A stretch of DNA of 64,000 nt from the NCBI GenBank assembly GCA_963843375.1, contig CAWJKT010000011.1, forward strand, positions 160,001 through 224,000, written 5' to 3'. This document shows, in pieces, positions 31,540-42,204 of the stretch. The stretch comes from an uncultured Pseudomonadota bacterium (GTDB taxonomy: Bacteria > Oederibacteriota > Muellerivitia > Muellerivitales > Muellerivitaceae). The notes below the pieces were generated by a model. The model ran no database searches, was not told where the DNA came from, and was given only the letters and a program-made list of their open reading frames with translations. Positions within the stretch are counted from its first letter, which is position 1. Each line of letters starts with the position of its first letter. Made by a program: the position numbers and the translations under genes.

Positions 31540-32426
31540 TTAAGGTTTCCAACTAGGCTCAAGCGAAGCTTTCATTCGATTCACCAAAGACTCCATTTCT
31601 AAATGCATTTCACTTCGGACGAGTTTAACCCTCTGACCGTGACCCGGCAGAACCCATTCAAAATTAAACCTCAATAATCTTTCCATGGATTCGGTTTGTT
31701 TGCGCCAGGAATACCAGGCTACGTTTTGAGAGGCGTCCAACTGTTTGCGTTTGCGCCGCCACCACAAATGGTCTCCCGTAAAAAGAAATTTATCCCGATA
31801 GAGCAGAACACAATGACCCGCTGTGTGACCGGGGGTGGGGATGAGTTTGAAACCAGGCACCGGCTCGGTGAGGCCAATTCCTTGGATAAGGATTTCCGCG
31901 TCCGGTTGAGCGCCCTTGTCTTCCTCATGAATGAACCGCTGGCTCCCAAATTTTTCAGCATATTTGGCCCATCGGCCACGTCATCCTGGTGGGTTAGGAA
32001 TATATATCGGATGCCTCCCATGTCCTTAAAGCTGACGAACCAAATGGGGCAGGAACTTGGGGGAGTCGATGAGCCAGTTGCCTTCCGAGTGCTGGATGAA
32101 GTAACTATTGCCGCCAAAGGATTTGGGGGAATTAAAGCCACAATAAAAGACTTCCTCTTCAACGGGCAAGGGAAAATCACTCATGACCTCAGAGGAATGG
32201 TTGGAATGAAAGTTCCGATGGAGCCAGTTGGGCAGGCGAGGAGGGCTTGGGTCGCGGCCCGGGTTTCTTCGGGCGTTTGGGGTTGGGATTGGACGAAGGA
32301 AGTATTTCCGGCATCCTCAAAAATATTGGGAGCCAATTGACGGCAGGTATCGCAATCGATACAGGTGGAATCGACAAAGAACTCGCCATCCACATTTTCG
32401 GAAATTCGTTTTTTGACGTCGGCCAT
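31540..32426 (-). CDS. Ferredoxin + metallo-beta-lactamase fold fusion protein; several frameshifts
   Basis: CIDCDTC...ACPTGSIG, IFLTHQDDVAD, TPGHTAGH, FTGDHL and WVLPGHG are spread over three frames. Confidence 0.8.
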
Positions 32427-32616
32427 GGACTTCCTCGGTCAAACTAAATTTTTCGACGAATATTAAAAGCCGATCATTTTCACCATAAAATCCGGCCTCT
32501 TTTAAGTTTGGGCTGGACTTGAAAGAAAAACAAGCCTCTGCTCAAATAAACAGCTAGAATAAATCCTCTTTCTAAAGCATAAAACAAAGCATCTAATTTT
32601 TCGGGAGAGGTTTCCC

Positions 32617-34153
32617 ATGGCGACACCCATCCTTTTGGAAAATCCCCTGCGTCAAGGCTTGTCCTCCGATCGTGTTCCGGCTCCCTGTAGCCTTGTCATT
32701 TACGGCGCCTCAGGAGACCTGACCCATCGTAAGCTGGTGCCGGCTCTTTTTGATCTTTACGAGAAACATCTTTTGCCCACTTCTTTCAGCCTGGTTGGCA
32801 TTTCCCGCTCCAAGATGAGCGATGAGGAATTTAAGCAAAAACTAAAGGATTCCCTGAAGCAAGCCGAACCACAGTTGTCCGATTCCCTTTGGGACAGCTT
32901 TTCCCAGAACTTCCATTACATTTCAGGCGGATATGATGACTTTAAGGCCTATCAAAGCCTTTCCGCCTTATTGGATGAGAAAGACAGGGATAATGGAACG
33001 TCCGGTAACCGCATTTTTTATCTTTCCACTCCGCCCAACGTTTTTGAGAACATCATTTCCAATCTGGGGGCGGCGGGTCTTGCTCGGGAGGATAAGGGAT
33101 ATTCGCGTATCGTCATTGAGAAACCCTTCGGCCACGACCTGGACTCGGCGAAGGAATTGAACCTTCGACGTGAAGGAAGTCTTCCGGGAACACCAGATTT
33201 ACCGAATCGACCATTACCTAGGCAAGGAAACAGTTCAAAATCTTTTGGTCATGCGATTCGCCAATTCCATTTTCGAGCCCATTTGGGATCGCCGACATGT
33301 TGACCATGTGCAAATCACCGCCTCAGAGGATTTGGGAGTCGGGAGCCGGGCCGGTTATTACGAAAGCTCCGGAATTTTGAGGGATATGTTCCAAAATCAC
33401 CTCTTCCAGGTCATGTGTCTGATTGCCATGGAGCCCCCAGTCAGTTATGAAGCCAATGCCATTCGGGACGAAAAATTGAAAATCCTAAAATCCATCCGTC
33501 CTTTCGATCAGCACACGCTGACCCAATGGACGGTGCGGGGGCAATATGGTCCCGGATACCTGGCGGGAGAAAGGGTCCCGGGTTACCGGCAGGAAGAGGG
33601 TGTTGACCCCAAGTCCATTACTCCTACCTATGCCGCCATCAAGATCTTCCTTGATACTTGGCGCTGGCACGGGGTGCCTTTCCTCCTTCGATCGGGCAAA
33701 CGCCTGCCGAAACGAACCACCGAAGTCGCTATCCAGTTCAAAGAGCCGCCGAACCTGTTATTTAAAAACAATGTGACCGACCTTTCCCCTAACGTATTAG
33801 TCGTTCGCATCCAGCCCGATGAAGGCATCACCCTGAAATTCGAGACCAAGGTGCCCGGCATGACCATGGAGGCCCGAACGGTCAATATGGATTTCCGCTA
33901 TGGGACGACTTTCGCTGAAGGCACTTCGGAAGCCTACGAAAGGTTGCTATTGGATTGCATGTTGGGGGACGCCACACTTTTTATCCGCGGCGACGAGACG
34001 GAAGCGGCTTGGGGCGCCCTGATGCCGGTTATCAAACACTGGGAAACCACCGAACCCGAGGAAGATTTTCCCAATTACGAGGCGGGAAGCTGGGGTCCGG
34101 CGGCGGCGGATCAAATGCTGGAAAAACCCTGGCGCAAGTGGCGGAGGTTGTAA
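32617..34153 (+). CDS. zwf: Glucose-6-phosphate 1-dehydrogenase; frameshift near 33169
   Basis: GASGDLTHRKLVPAL and IEKPFGHDL, then RIDHYLGKETVQN and LRSGKRL in the next frame. Confidence 0.95.
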
Positions 34154-34257
34154 CGTAGTTAACAGACCCTGGTCAAGATCGAATCGAGAGGTTTTAAAAA
34201 TCTCAATCTTTTTTGTCCACTGTCGGCCTTCAAGCCGGTTTTCATGAGGGGTCTCGA

Positions 34258-35370
34258 ATGACAATATCAGCCCAAACCATTGAAAAAGACGTGGCGGACC
34301 TTTGGAAAGACTCGTCCGAGGAAAAAGACAATGAATTAGGGCTCCAACGAGTTTATACCACTAACCTGGTGGCTTACGCTTCCGACCATCCCGAAGGATA
34401 TCGGGTGGAGCAGATTCTCAATGACCTGGCGGAAAAGCACCCGGGACGTTATATCCTGGTAAGACCTGCTGCCGACACCACCGAACCCCCCCTGCGTTAT
34501 TACGTTTCAGGCCATTGCCTATTCGGAGCAGGCCGTGAAAAGCGGGTCTGCTGCGATCTGATCAAGTTGGTGGCCCAGTCCGAGATCATCGAGAACTTAT
34601 ATGGCTTCACCTTCTCCCTGCTCATGCCCGATTTGCCGGTGGAATTCTGGTGGCCCGGTGATTTGCCCTATGAAAACCTCTATTTTGAAAAAATGGCTCA
34701 GGAATCCAACCGGGTATGGTTGGATTCCTCCAAGTTCAAGAAGCCCATACAGTCTTTCGCCCGACTTGCGGCCTTTTGGAACAGTCGGTATCCCCATACC
34801 CTTTTGGGGGACCTTAATTGGATTCGCATCCAAAGATGGCGGGCCCTGATCGCGGAAATGTTCGACGGGGAATGGTCCAGTTACCTCAAGGAAATCAGCC
34901 GGGTTACCATTGAGTACGGAGAGGGCACCCAGCCCACCCGGAGCTTTTTCCTGGCCTGTTGGTTGCCAGCCCGGTTGGGGTGGAAATACATAGGCCCCCG
35001 GCTTTCCGAGTTTACTCCCCAACTGGCTTTTGAAACGCCCCATGGAAAGGCGGAGGTGTTGCTGAAGGCCGTTCCTGTCCCGGATATCAAGCGGGACCGG
35101 ATTTTCGCCGTGGGCATCCAGACCGGAGAAGAAACCCCCGGTCTTTTTACCGTTGTCAGGGACGAAGATCCCCATTGCGTGATTGCCCGTTCGGAGGTCA
35201 ACCACAAAGTCGCATTTTCCCGCACTCTTTCCTTTGAGCACCTCCATTCCAATGAACTATTAAACCTGGGATTAAAGCATTTGGAAGAAGACTTGGTTTG
35301 GAAAAAGACCCTGCAATTCGCGGGGACGGTTTTGATGAAACCAAAATTAACACTCGAGGAAAAAGCATAG
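34258..35370 (+). CDS. opcA: Glucose-6-phosphate dehydrogenase assembly protein OpcA
   Basis: Lies between zwf and pgl; HPGRYI, LLMPDLPVEFWWPG, DLNWIRIQRWRALIAEMFD. Confidence 0.85.
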   Translation: MTISAQTIEKDVADLWKDSSEEKDNELGLQRVYTTNLVAYASDHPEGYRVEQILNDLAEKHPGRYILVRPAADTTEPPLRYYVSGHCLFGAGREKRVCCDLIKLVAQSEIIENLYGFTFSLLMPDLPVEFWWPGDLPYENLYFEKMAQESNRVWLDSSKFKKPIQSFARLAAFWNSRYPHTLLGDLNWIRIQRWRALIAEMFDGEWSSYLKEISRVTIEYGEGTQPTRSFFLACWLPARLGWKYIGPRLSEFTPQLAFETPHGKAEVLLKAVPVPDIKRDRIFAVGIQTGEETPGLFTVVRDEDPHCVIARSEVNHKVAFSRTLSFEHLHSNELLNLGLKHLEEDLVWKKTLQFAGTVLMKPKLTLEEKA

Positions 35371-35385
35371 GGGGTGGAGGAAGTC

Positions 35386-36247
35386 ATGGTCGTAAAGAAA
35401 AAGGCAGTTCATTCTGGATCCAAAGCAGCAAAAACCCCTCCGCGAAAGTTTCCACGAAAAAAGTTGTGCACTTAGTTTCAAAACCAGCAAAACTCCAAAC
35501 AATTAAAGTTCGAGCCCGAAATCCGCGTTTATTCCACTCCCGAGACTCTGGTCCAGGAGACGGCCCACCAGGTGATGCAACTCGCCCGGGAGGCGGTCAA
35601 CGAGCGTGGGCGTTTCGTAGCGGCTCTTTCCGGCGGCACGACCCCCAAGGGATTGTTCCAACAGTTGACTGAGGAACCCTACCAATCCCTGATTCCCTGG
35701 GACAAGACTTTTCTCTTCTTCGTAGATGAGCGTCATGTGCCGTTAACCGATGAGACAAGCAATTACCGCATGGCCCAGGAATACCTTCTTTCCAAAGCAC
35801 CCATACCCCCCGGCCAATATTTTTCCCATGACCGATGGTAGCCAATCGGTGGAAAGGGCGGCGTCTTCCTACGAAATCAAGATGGGAAAGTTTTTTGGGA
35901 CGAGTCTGCCACGCTTTGACCTGAGCCTCATGGGCATGGGTGATGATGGGCACACGGCCAGCCTCTTTCCCGGCATGCCCCAGGTGAACGAGCTGGAAAG
36001 ATGGGTGGTGGGCTATTTCGTGGATAAAGTCCGCAAAGAAAGGGTTTCCCTCACATTTCCTGTCCTTAACGCTTCGCGGTTCCTGTTGGTGCTATTGGAA
36101 GGGGAGAAAAAAGCCAAGATAGCCAAGGAAGTCCTGAAGGGCCCTTCGGATCCGCCCCGTTATCCGGTTCAATATTTGCGGCCTAAGGACGGGCGGTTGG
36201 TATTCGCATTGGACGAAGCGGCAGCCTCGTTACTTAAATCAAAATAG
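35386..36247 (+). CDS. pgl: 6-phosphogluconolactonase; frameshift near 35810, start region uncertain
   Basis: ALSGGTTP and FVDERHVP...SNY, then LMGMGDDGHTASLFPG and RVSLTFPVLN in the next frame. Confidence 0.88.
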
Positions 36248-36348
36248 TGGCTCTGCGGGTTGGATTCTAAGCCTAGTCTCCCTTTGCTTCTAAAAGGCGG
36301 TTTAGCATCCTCATAAATAATATGATTCGTCTTGGTTTCATAGGTTGG

Positions 36349-36927
36349 TTACCATCGAACACTGCCGAATTCAAATAGTACCCAGAATCCCTGAAAAATA
36401 CCTATAAAAAGTAAAAGAGCCTGGACCCAGGGAGAAATATTCCTGCGCCAGAGAATTCCAATACAAATCAAAACGATCAACCATTCCAAAGGCGCTACGA
36501 TTTCGGCGTGGTATCTGGGATCTACATAGGAGATGGGGCTGTAAAACTGCCAGTTGCTGAAGGGTAAAAAATGCCGGTGAGGGGAATCGGAATGAACAGG
36601 AAGGTCTTCCAAGTCATGCAGCCCCATGGCCGTGAAGAAATAAAGCCCCCCTTTGCTTTGCAAGAAAAGACAGACGAGCATTCCTGCCATAGCCAAGGGA
36701 ATGGAATGGCCCCAATCCACCCAAAGTTGGCGGAAATGATATTCGCTTATAAAAGCTGATTTTCCGGGAGCTTGAAAGCGGCCACCCGTAAAAATCGTTA
36801 AGAGGGCGAATAAAATCATCGGAATATCAGGAACAATCGAACCCAATACGATGGGCCAGTTCCGTTCCGGGTTTTTTTTACGGCCCAAAAGAGCTGTATT
36901 CAAAATAGCGTGGGTAGTAGTAATCAT
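36349..36927 (-). CDS. Hypothetical membrane protein (metal-dependent hydrolase-like)
   Basis: T.TH, GSIVPDIP, HS, H..EDLPVH, HRHFLPFSNW pattern with TM helices. Confidence 0.65.
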   Translation of the reverse strand: MITTTHAILNTALLGRKKNPERNWPIVLGSIVPDIPMILFALLTIFTGGRFQAPGKSAFISEYHFRQLWVDWGHSIPLAMAGMLVCLFLQSKGGLYFFTAMGLHDLEDLPVHSDSPHRHFLPFSNWQFYSPISYVDPRYHAEIVAPLEWLIVLICIGILWRRNISPWVQALLLFIGIFQGFWVLFEFGSVRW

Positions 36928-36990
36928 GACCTATCCCTCAAAAAATTTTCAGAAATCACACCCTTAATAGAAGAGGGGTGTGGGGGATAG

Positions 36991-39000
36991 TTACTTAAGT
37001 GAAGAGATGCTTTCTTTCGCAGCCTTCACCACGTTTTCGGTTGTAAAACCCAGGTTTTTCAAGGCTACATTGCCGGGGGCACTTGCGCCAAAGCGTTCCA
37101 GGGTGACGAACCGGCCATGAGAACCCGCCCAGCGGTGCCAGCCGAAGGAAGTTGCCGCTTCCACGATCACCCGAGCCTTCACCGAAGGCGGAAGAATCTC
37201 GTCCTGGTAAGAAGCGGGTTGAGCGGCGAAAAGTTCCAATGAGGGAGCACTAACCACACGGGCGGAGACACCTTCTTTTTCCAGAGCTTCCTGAGCCTTT
37301 ACGCAAAGTTGCAACTCGGAACCGGTGCCAATGAGAATCACCTGGGGCTTAGCGCTCTTAGCCTCCGAGAGGGTATAGGCACCCTTCAGGGTCCCGGAAG
37401 CCGGGGCGAACTTGGTTCGATCGAAAGTCGGCATGGTCTGGCGGGAGAAGACCAGGGCAGTTGGGGCATTTTTACGCTGCAGGGCCATCAGCCAGGAATA
37501 GGTCACCTCGTTGGAATCTCCGGGGCGGATCACGCAGGCGTTCGGGGTTGCCCGCATAGCCGCCAGGGTCTCCACCGGCTGATGGGTAGGGCCGTCCTCG
37601 CCCTGGCCGATGGAATCGTGCGTGTAAACAAAGATGGATTGCACGCCCATCAGGTGGGCTAGGCGGTAGGCGGGTTTCATATAGTCGTTGAACATCAGGA
37701 AGGTGGCACCGAATGGAATGACGCCGCCATGAAGGGCCATGCCGTTTAGGGAAGCAGCCATGCCGTGCTCGCGGATACCGAAGTGGAAGACCCGGTTGGC
37801 ATAATGGCCCGCCTCGTAATCGCCGCCGCCTTCGATCAAGGTATCGTTGGAACCGGCCAAGTCCGCCGAACCACCGTAGAAGAAAGGTACTTCCTTCGCG
37901 ATGACGTTGATGGTCTTGCCCGAAGCCTGGCGGGTGGCCAGGCCCTTTTCGTCCGCCGGAAATACCGGCAGTTTATTTTCCAAGTCCGCGGGAAGTTCTT
38001 TAGACAAGGACTGCTGGAACTGCTTGTACTTGTCGGGGTTGGACTTGGCATAGGCGTCGCGTTTAGCATTCCAGTCCGCCTCAACTTTTTTGCCTTTTTC
38101 CACCGACTCCAAACAGCGCTTCTTGGCTTCCTCAGGAATATAGAAGGTTGGCTCCTGGGGCCATTTGAAGAATTCCTTGGTCTTCACGATCATGTCGGCC
38201 GGGATGGCGCTTCCATGCACCTTGGCGCTGTCCTGCAGAGGGCTACCGTAGCCGATGTGGGAGCGTACGGCGATGATTGTTGGTTTTTGGGTCTCAGCCC
38301 TGGCTTCGGCCATGGCCTTGTCCAGGGCTTCCAGGTCATTGGCGTCGGTGACCCGAATGGTATGCCACCCGTAAGCCTCGTAGCGTTTCAAGACGTCCTC
38401 GGTGAAGGCCAGGTTGGTGTCGCCCTCAATGGAAATATGGTTGTCATCGTAAATAACTTTGAGGTTGGCCAACTTCAAGTGACCGGCCAGGGAAGAGGCT
38501 TCGTGGGAGACGCCTTCTTGCAGGTCGCCGTCGGAGGCGATGACCCAGGTTTTATGGTTCACCAGTTCGTCCCCGAAGCGGGCGGCCATGATCCTTTCGC
38601 CCATGGCGAAACCCACGGCGGTGGCAATGCCCTGGCCTAGGGGGCCGGTGGTGGTTTCGACGCCCTCCGTGTGGCCGTATTCGGGATGGCCGGGAGTTTT
38701 GCTGCCCCATTGACGGAAGTTCTTCAGTTCTTCCAGGGAAAGGTTGTAGCCGTGCAGGTGCAGGAGGGAGTAAATGAGCATGGAACCGTGGCCTGCGGAA
38801 AGCACGAAACGGTCCCGGTCCGTCCAGTGAGGGTTGGAAGGCGAATGTTTCAGGTGGCGGCTCCAGAGGACGTGGGCGACGGCCGCCATGCCCATGGGCA
38901 TGCCGGGATGCCCCGAATTGGCCTTGGCGGTAGCGTCTACGGCCAGCATCCGGATGGTGTTGACGGCTAGGGTATCGGCTTGGTCAAAGGGTTTGGACAT
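36991..39000 (-). CDS. tkt: Transketolase
   Basis: [57 protein letters not shown]. Confidence 0.98.
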   Translation of the reverse strand: MSKPFDQADTLAVNTIRMLAVDATAKANSGHPGMPMGMAAVAHVLWSRHLKHSPSNPHWTDRDRFVLSAGHGSMLIYSLLHLHGYNLSLEELKNFRQWGSKTPGHPEYGHTEGVETTTGPLGQGIATAVGFAMGERIMAARFGDELVNHKTWVIASDGDLQEGVSHEASSLAGHLKLANLKVIYDDNHISIEGDTNLAFTEDVLKRYEAYGWHTIRVTDANDLEALDKAMAEARAETQKPTIIAVRSHIGYGSPLQDSAKVHGSAIPADMIVKTKEFFKWPQEPTFYIPEEAKKRCLESVEKGKKVEADWNAKRDAYAKSNPDKYKQFQQSLSKELPADLENKLPVFPADEKGLATRQASGKTINVIAKEVPFFYGGSADLAGSNDTLIEGGGDYEAGHYANRVFHFGIREHGMAASLNGMALHGGVIPFGATFLMFNDYMKPAYRLAHLMGVQSIFVYTHDSIGQGEDGPTHQPVETLAAMRATPNACVIRPGDSNEVTYSWLMALQRKNAPTALVFSRQTMPTFDRTKFAPASGTLKGAYTLSEAKSAKPQVILIGTGSELQLCVKAQEALEKEGVSARVVSAPSLELFAAQPASYQDEILPPSVKARVIVEAATSFGWHRWAGSHGRFVTLERFGASAPGNVALKNLGFTTENVVKAAKESISSLK

Positions 39001-39070
39001 GAAAGGCTCCTTTGTTCAGAAGATGGAAAGGCTCGCCAAAAGGACGAATAAGGTCCCTATCTTATGGGCA

Positions 39071-39421
39071 ATGGAGAATGAAAAAAAGTCCATTCCGGGG
39101 TGTTATTTTACGCTGGCGGAAGATATTTCCGGTATCTGCCAGGCTTTGGCGGAAGGTAAAGGCGATGTTGAAGAAATGGGAGCCGGGAAAGACCAACGAG
39201 CGGAAAACGGTGCCAATCTAATTGTTCGTATCGCACCCGACCGGCGATGGAAAAATTTCCATCAGGTATTGGAACTGGAATTGGAGCGAGTCCGAACCCT
39301 TAAACAGTCATTGGAGACTCTCCGAAGTTTTCCAGGCCTTTCATGGAACAAGGCAGGAAAAATGTCGTTCGAGAAACGCCTAGCGGAAAACATTAAACCC
39401 ACGGGTCACAAAAGACCTTGA
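39071..39421 (+). CDS. Hypothetical protein
   Basis: ATG ORF divergent from tkt that fills the gap; no motif. Confidence 0.45.
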   Translation: MENEKKSIPGCYFTLAEDISGICQALAEGKGDVEEMGAGKDQRAENGANLIVRIAPDRRWKNFHQVLELELERVRTLKQSLETLRSFPGLSWNKAGKMSFEKRLAENIKPTGHKRP

Positions 39422-39441
39422 CGGCTGGGGGCTTAAAATGA

Positions 39442-39864
39442 TTAGAGGGGTTTGCGGGTTTGGAAGCCGCCCTGTAGGGTATGCCAATGACTTATTTCGG
39501 CTTCACCTTCCTTCCAACAAAGATAAACAATCTCTCGACCCCTGCGGTAGTAAAAATCCACCAATCCAGTATCCAAGTCCTTCAAATGGGCGCCCGATTG
39601 AAATAGTTGTTCCAATTTTTCCTCAAATTGGCGGGTTTGGCGGTGAAAAGCCTCCATTTGCTTCGTAACGGCGGCTTTACCCCTGGGGGAAAGTTCTCCA
39701 TCGGAAACGGTATTCGTCATTTCCTCGATCTCAATTTGGGCCTGGGTGCGTAAAATCACCGATCGCATTTCCCGAAGCAATTTTAATGTCAGGCGGACTT
39801 GGGGAAGCAGGGCGTTGGCCTCTTCCAGGGTCAGCATTTTAATTTGGGTGTCATCGTTGGGCAT
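39442..39864 (-). CDS. DUF2203 family protein
   Basis: TLEEANALLP...KDLDTGLVDF...VYLCWKEGE.EI.HWH...GGF..R.PL. Confidence 0.9.
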   Translation of the reverse strand: MPNDDTQIKMLTLEEANALLPQVRLTLKLLREMRSVILRTQAQIEIEEMTNTVSDGELSPRGKAAVTKQMEAFHRQTRQFEEKLEQLFQSGAHLKDLDTGLVDFYYRRGREIVYLCWKEGEAEISHWHTLQGGFQTRKPL

Positions 39865-39962
39865 TGGATTCCTTGTTCGTCTTGGTTTATTGTAACAGTC
39901 GGGGGAAAAAGTCCCAACCCCGACTTTTGACAGCCTTTAAAATCGCTTTGAATGGGTATTTG

Positions 39963-40973
39963 ATGAGCTATGACAAAATCGAACGGCGGCTCTTGGAATA
40001 TGCCGTTCTGGCGCCTTCTATTTATAACAGCCAGCCCTGGAAGTTCGCTCTTGCCCCCTCGGAGGGCTCGATTGAGATTTATCCGGATGAAGCGAGGGCT
40101 AGGCCCTTGGAATTAGACCCCGCCCAGAGGGATTTGTACCTGGCATTGGGCTCCTGCATTGAGAACTTGGCCCTAGCTGGGCCCGCCTTGGGATACTCGG
40201 TCCATGAAACGCTTTTTCCCCGAGGCTTATCAGAGAGAAAACTTTTTCCCGCCGCTCGTTTGGAATTGCGCCCCCTTTCGGAGGTGATGCCCGAGCCCCT
40301 CTTTTCCACTTTGTTGATCCGCCATTCCCACCCGGGAGCCTATAAGCCGGCATCAGTGGGAGATATACATTTGGAAAGGCTGCGGGTTATTCCGGCCTTT
40401 TCTGAACAGGAAAAAATTCATTTCATGACAGAGGAATCCAAACGAAATGAATTATCCCTGCTTTTGCACGATCTCTCCCACGAGGGTGCCCAAAAAACGG
40501 CAATGGTCCAAGAAGGAGCTCGATGGATCACCCCAAAATCCAATGGACAGGAAGGAATGCCGATGGCCCATATCGGATTACCAATGTCAGTGAAAGTCCG
40601 TTTCGCTTTTTTGAGGTACTTGGCCCTTGGAAAGGAAATCAAGGAAGTCGCCCGCCAGGCGCTTTTGCGCCAGGGGCACGGAATCGACGCCCCTGCTTTT
40701 TTACTGATGACCACCCGGAATCCGGGTTCCCTGGGATATTTAAAGGCGGGACGATGGGCGCAGAGGATTCTGCTCACTTTAAATGAAATGGAATTGGGTT
40801 TCCAAATCCTCCATCTTCCGATTTCACTCTCTTTCTGCCACGCTGATTTGCGGCAAAGGTTTGGGGCGGCGGAAGGGGAAGAGCCGGTTTTACTCGTTCG
40901 TTTTGGCCAGCCGGAAAGTAAGCGGTGGCCCCCGACCCATCGGAGGCCGATCGAAGAAGTTCTTCAAAAATAA
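39963..40973 (+). CDS. Acg-family FMN-binding nitroreductase-like protein
   Basis: AVLAPSIYNSQPWKF, LGSCIENL.LA, AGRWAQRILL, LVRFG. Confidence 0.85.
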   Translation: MSYDKIERRLLEYAVLAPSIYNSQPWKFALAPSEGSIEIYPDEARARPLELDPAQRDLYLALGSCIENLALAGPALGYSVHETLFPRGLSERKLFPAARLELRPLSEVMPEPLFSTLLIRHSHPGAYKPASVGDIHLERLRVIPAFSEQEKIHFMTEESKRNELSLLLHDLSHEGAQKTAMVQEGARWITPKSNGQEGMPMAHIGLPMSVKVRFAFLRYLALGKEIKEVARQALLRQGHGIDAPAFLLMTTRNPGSLGYLKAGRWAQRILLTLNEMELGFQILHLPISLSFCHADLRQRFGAAEGEEPVLLVRFGQPESKRWPPTHRRPIEEVLQK

Positions 40974-40985
40974 GCGTCATCCTTC

Positions 40986-41014
40986 TTGACATTAATTACC
41001 AGATGCAATAAATT
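40986..41014 (+). promoter_or_regulatory. Sigma-70-type promoter of the Fur/PerR gene
   Basis: TTGACA (40986-91), 17-nt spacer, TAAATT (41009-14); ATG follows 7 nt later. Confidence 0.65.
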
Positions 41015-41021
41015 ACCATCT

Positions 41022-41516
41022 ATGAAAACTCTTCGGCTTAACTCGACTCACGAAAAAATGCAGACCTTCGAGAAACTCTGCCGGGAACAAGGATTGCCCC
41101 TGACGGTTCAGCGCCGGGTTATCCTGGAATCTCTGGTGGGAAGGCTGGACCATCCGACCGCCGACCAGGTTTTTGAAACCGCCGCCCACCGCCTGCCCGG
41201 CCTCTCCCGGACCACCGTTTATCGTGTTTTGGAAACACTCGTGGAATTGGGAATCATTCATAAGGCCAACCATCTGGGGTCGGCGGCGCGTTATGACCCC
41301 AATACCGACCGCCATCACCATTTGACCTGCTTTTCCTGCAACAAGGTTGTTGATATGGAAGAAGAGGCGGTGCGGGAATTAGCTATTCCTAAAGGAGCGA
41401 TGAAAGGGTTTGAAATCACCGATTATTCGGTTCACTTCAAGGGTTATTGCGGGGACTGCTCGAAAAGCATGAAAAGATCCCTTAATCCAGGCCGGAAGAT
41501 GGTGAAACCGAGGTAA
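41022..41516 (+). CDS. Fur-family transcriptional regulator (PerR-like)
   Basis: LTVQRRVI, HPTADQV, SRTTVYRVL, HHHLTCFSC, GYCGDC; lies upstream of a peroxiredoxin. Confidence 0.92.
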   Translation: MKTLRLNSTHEKMQTFEKLCREQGLPLTVQRRVILESLVGRLDHPTADQVFETAAHRLPGLSRTTVYRVLETLVELGIIHKANHLGSAARYDPNTDRHHHLTCFSCNKVVDMEEEAVRELAIPKGAMKGFEITDYSVHFKGYCGDCSKSMKRSLNPGRKMVKPR

Positions 41517-41631
41517 CCTGCGGTTCCAGGTTTAAATTTCACCCGAGGGCTTGAACCGGAGCCCTGGGGTTTGGATACTACCGCTCTCTTGATTGGGCGG
41601 TGGATTTTTTAAATGAAAAAGGAGGCGTGTG

Positions 41632-42153
41632 ATGCCAGTACAAGTGGGACAAAAAGCCCCTGACTTTCAGGGACAAGCGGTGATGCCGAATGGCGAGTTC
41701 AAGGAAGTGAAATTATCGGACTATAAGGGAAAGTGGGTAGTCTTGTTTTTTTACCCCCTGGACTTCACTTTCGTCTGCCCGACGGAAATCAAAGCCTTCA
41801 ATGAGAAGTATGAGGAGTTCAAAAAGATGGGAGCTGAAGTCATCACGGCCTCCACTGACAGTGTCTATAGCCATAAGGCTTGGCAGGAAGCCGGATTGGG
41901 CAAGTTGAAGTTCCCGCATTTGGCGGACACGGCCCACCACATTTCCCGCGCCTATGGCGTCTTGATCGAGGATAAGGGAATCGCCCTGCGCGGCACCTTC
42001 GTCATTGATCCCGAGGGAAATTTAAAACACGCCACCGTGAACGATACGGCGGTCGGCCGGAATGTGGAAGAAACCATCCGTACCTTAGCGGCTTTTGAAA
42101 CCGGTAAGTTGACAGGTTGCGGCTGGACACCGGGACAAAAGACGATTAATTAA
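41632..42153 (+). CDS. ahpC: 2-Cys peroxiredoxin (AhpC/Prx1)
   Basis: FFYPLDFTFVCPTE, ALRGTFVIDP, VGRNVEE, C-terminal CGW.PG. Confidence 0.92.
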   Translation: MPVQVGQKAPDFQGQAVMPNGEFKEVKLSDYKGKWVVLFFYPLDFTFVCPTEIKAFNEKYEEFKKMGAEVITASTDSVYSHKAWQEAGLGKLKFPHLADTAHHISRAYGVLIEDKGIALRGTFVIDPEGNLKHATVNDTAVGRNVEETIRTLAAFETGKLTGCGWTPGQKTIN

Positions 42154-42170
42154 GTTCTAGGATATGTTTT

Positions 42171-42203
42171 AAAGGGGAACCCCTGCCGGGTTCCCCTTTT
42201 TTA
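42171..42203. terminator. Bidirectional rho-independent terminator
   Basis: AAAGGGGAACCC-CTGCC-GGGTTCCCCTTTTTT between convergent genes. Confidence 0.88.
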
Positions 42204-42204
42204 T

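Noticed and set aside
33160..33180. Programmed frameshift in zwf
   Set aside because: No slippery heptamer is evident and similar breaks occur throughout the window; error is more parsimonious.
37765..38640. 291-aa plus-strand ORF
   Set aside because: Antisense shadow of GC-rich transketolase codons.
32617..39000. zwf-opcA-pgl plus tkt cluster as a novelty
   Set aside because: Well-known pentose phosphate gene arrangement.
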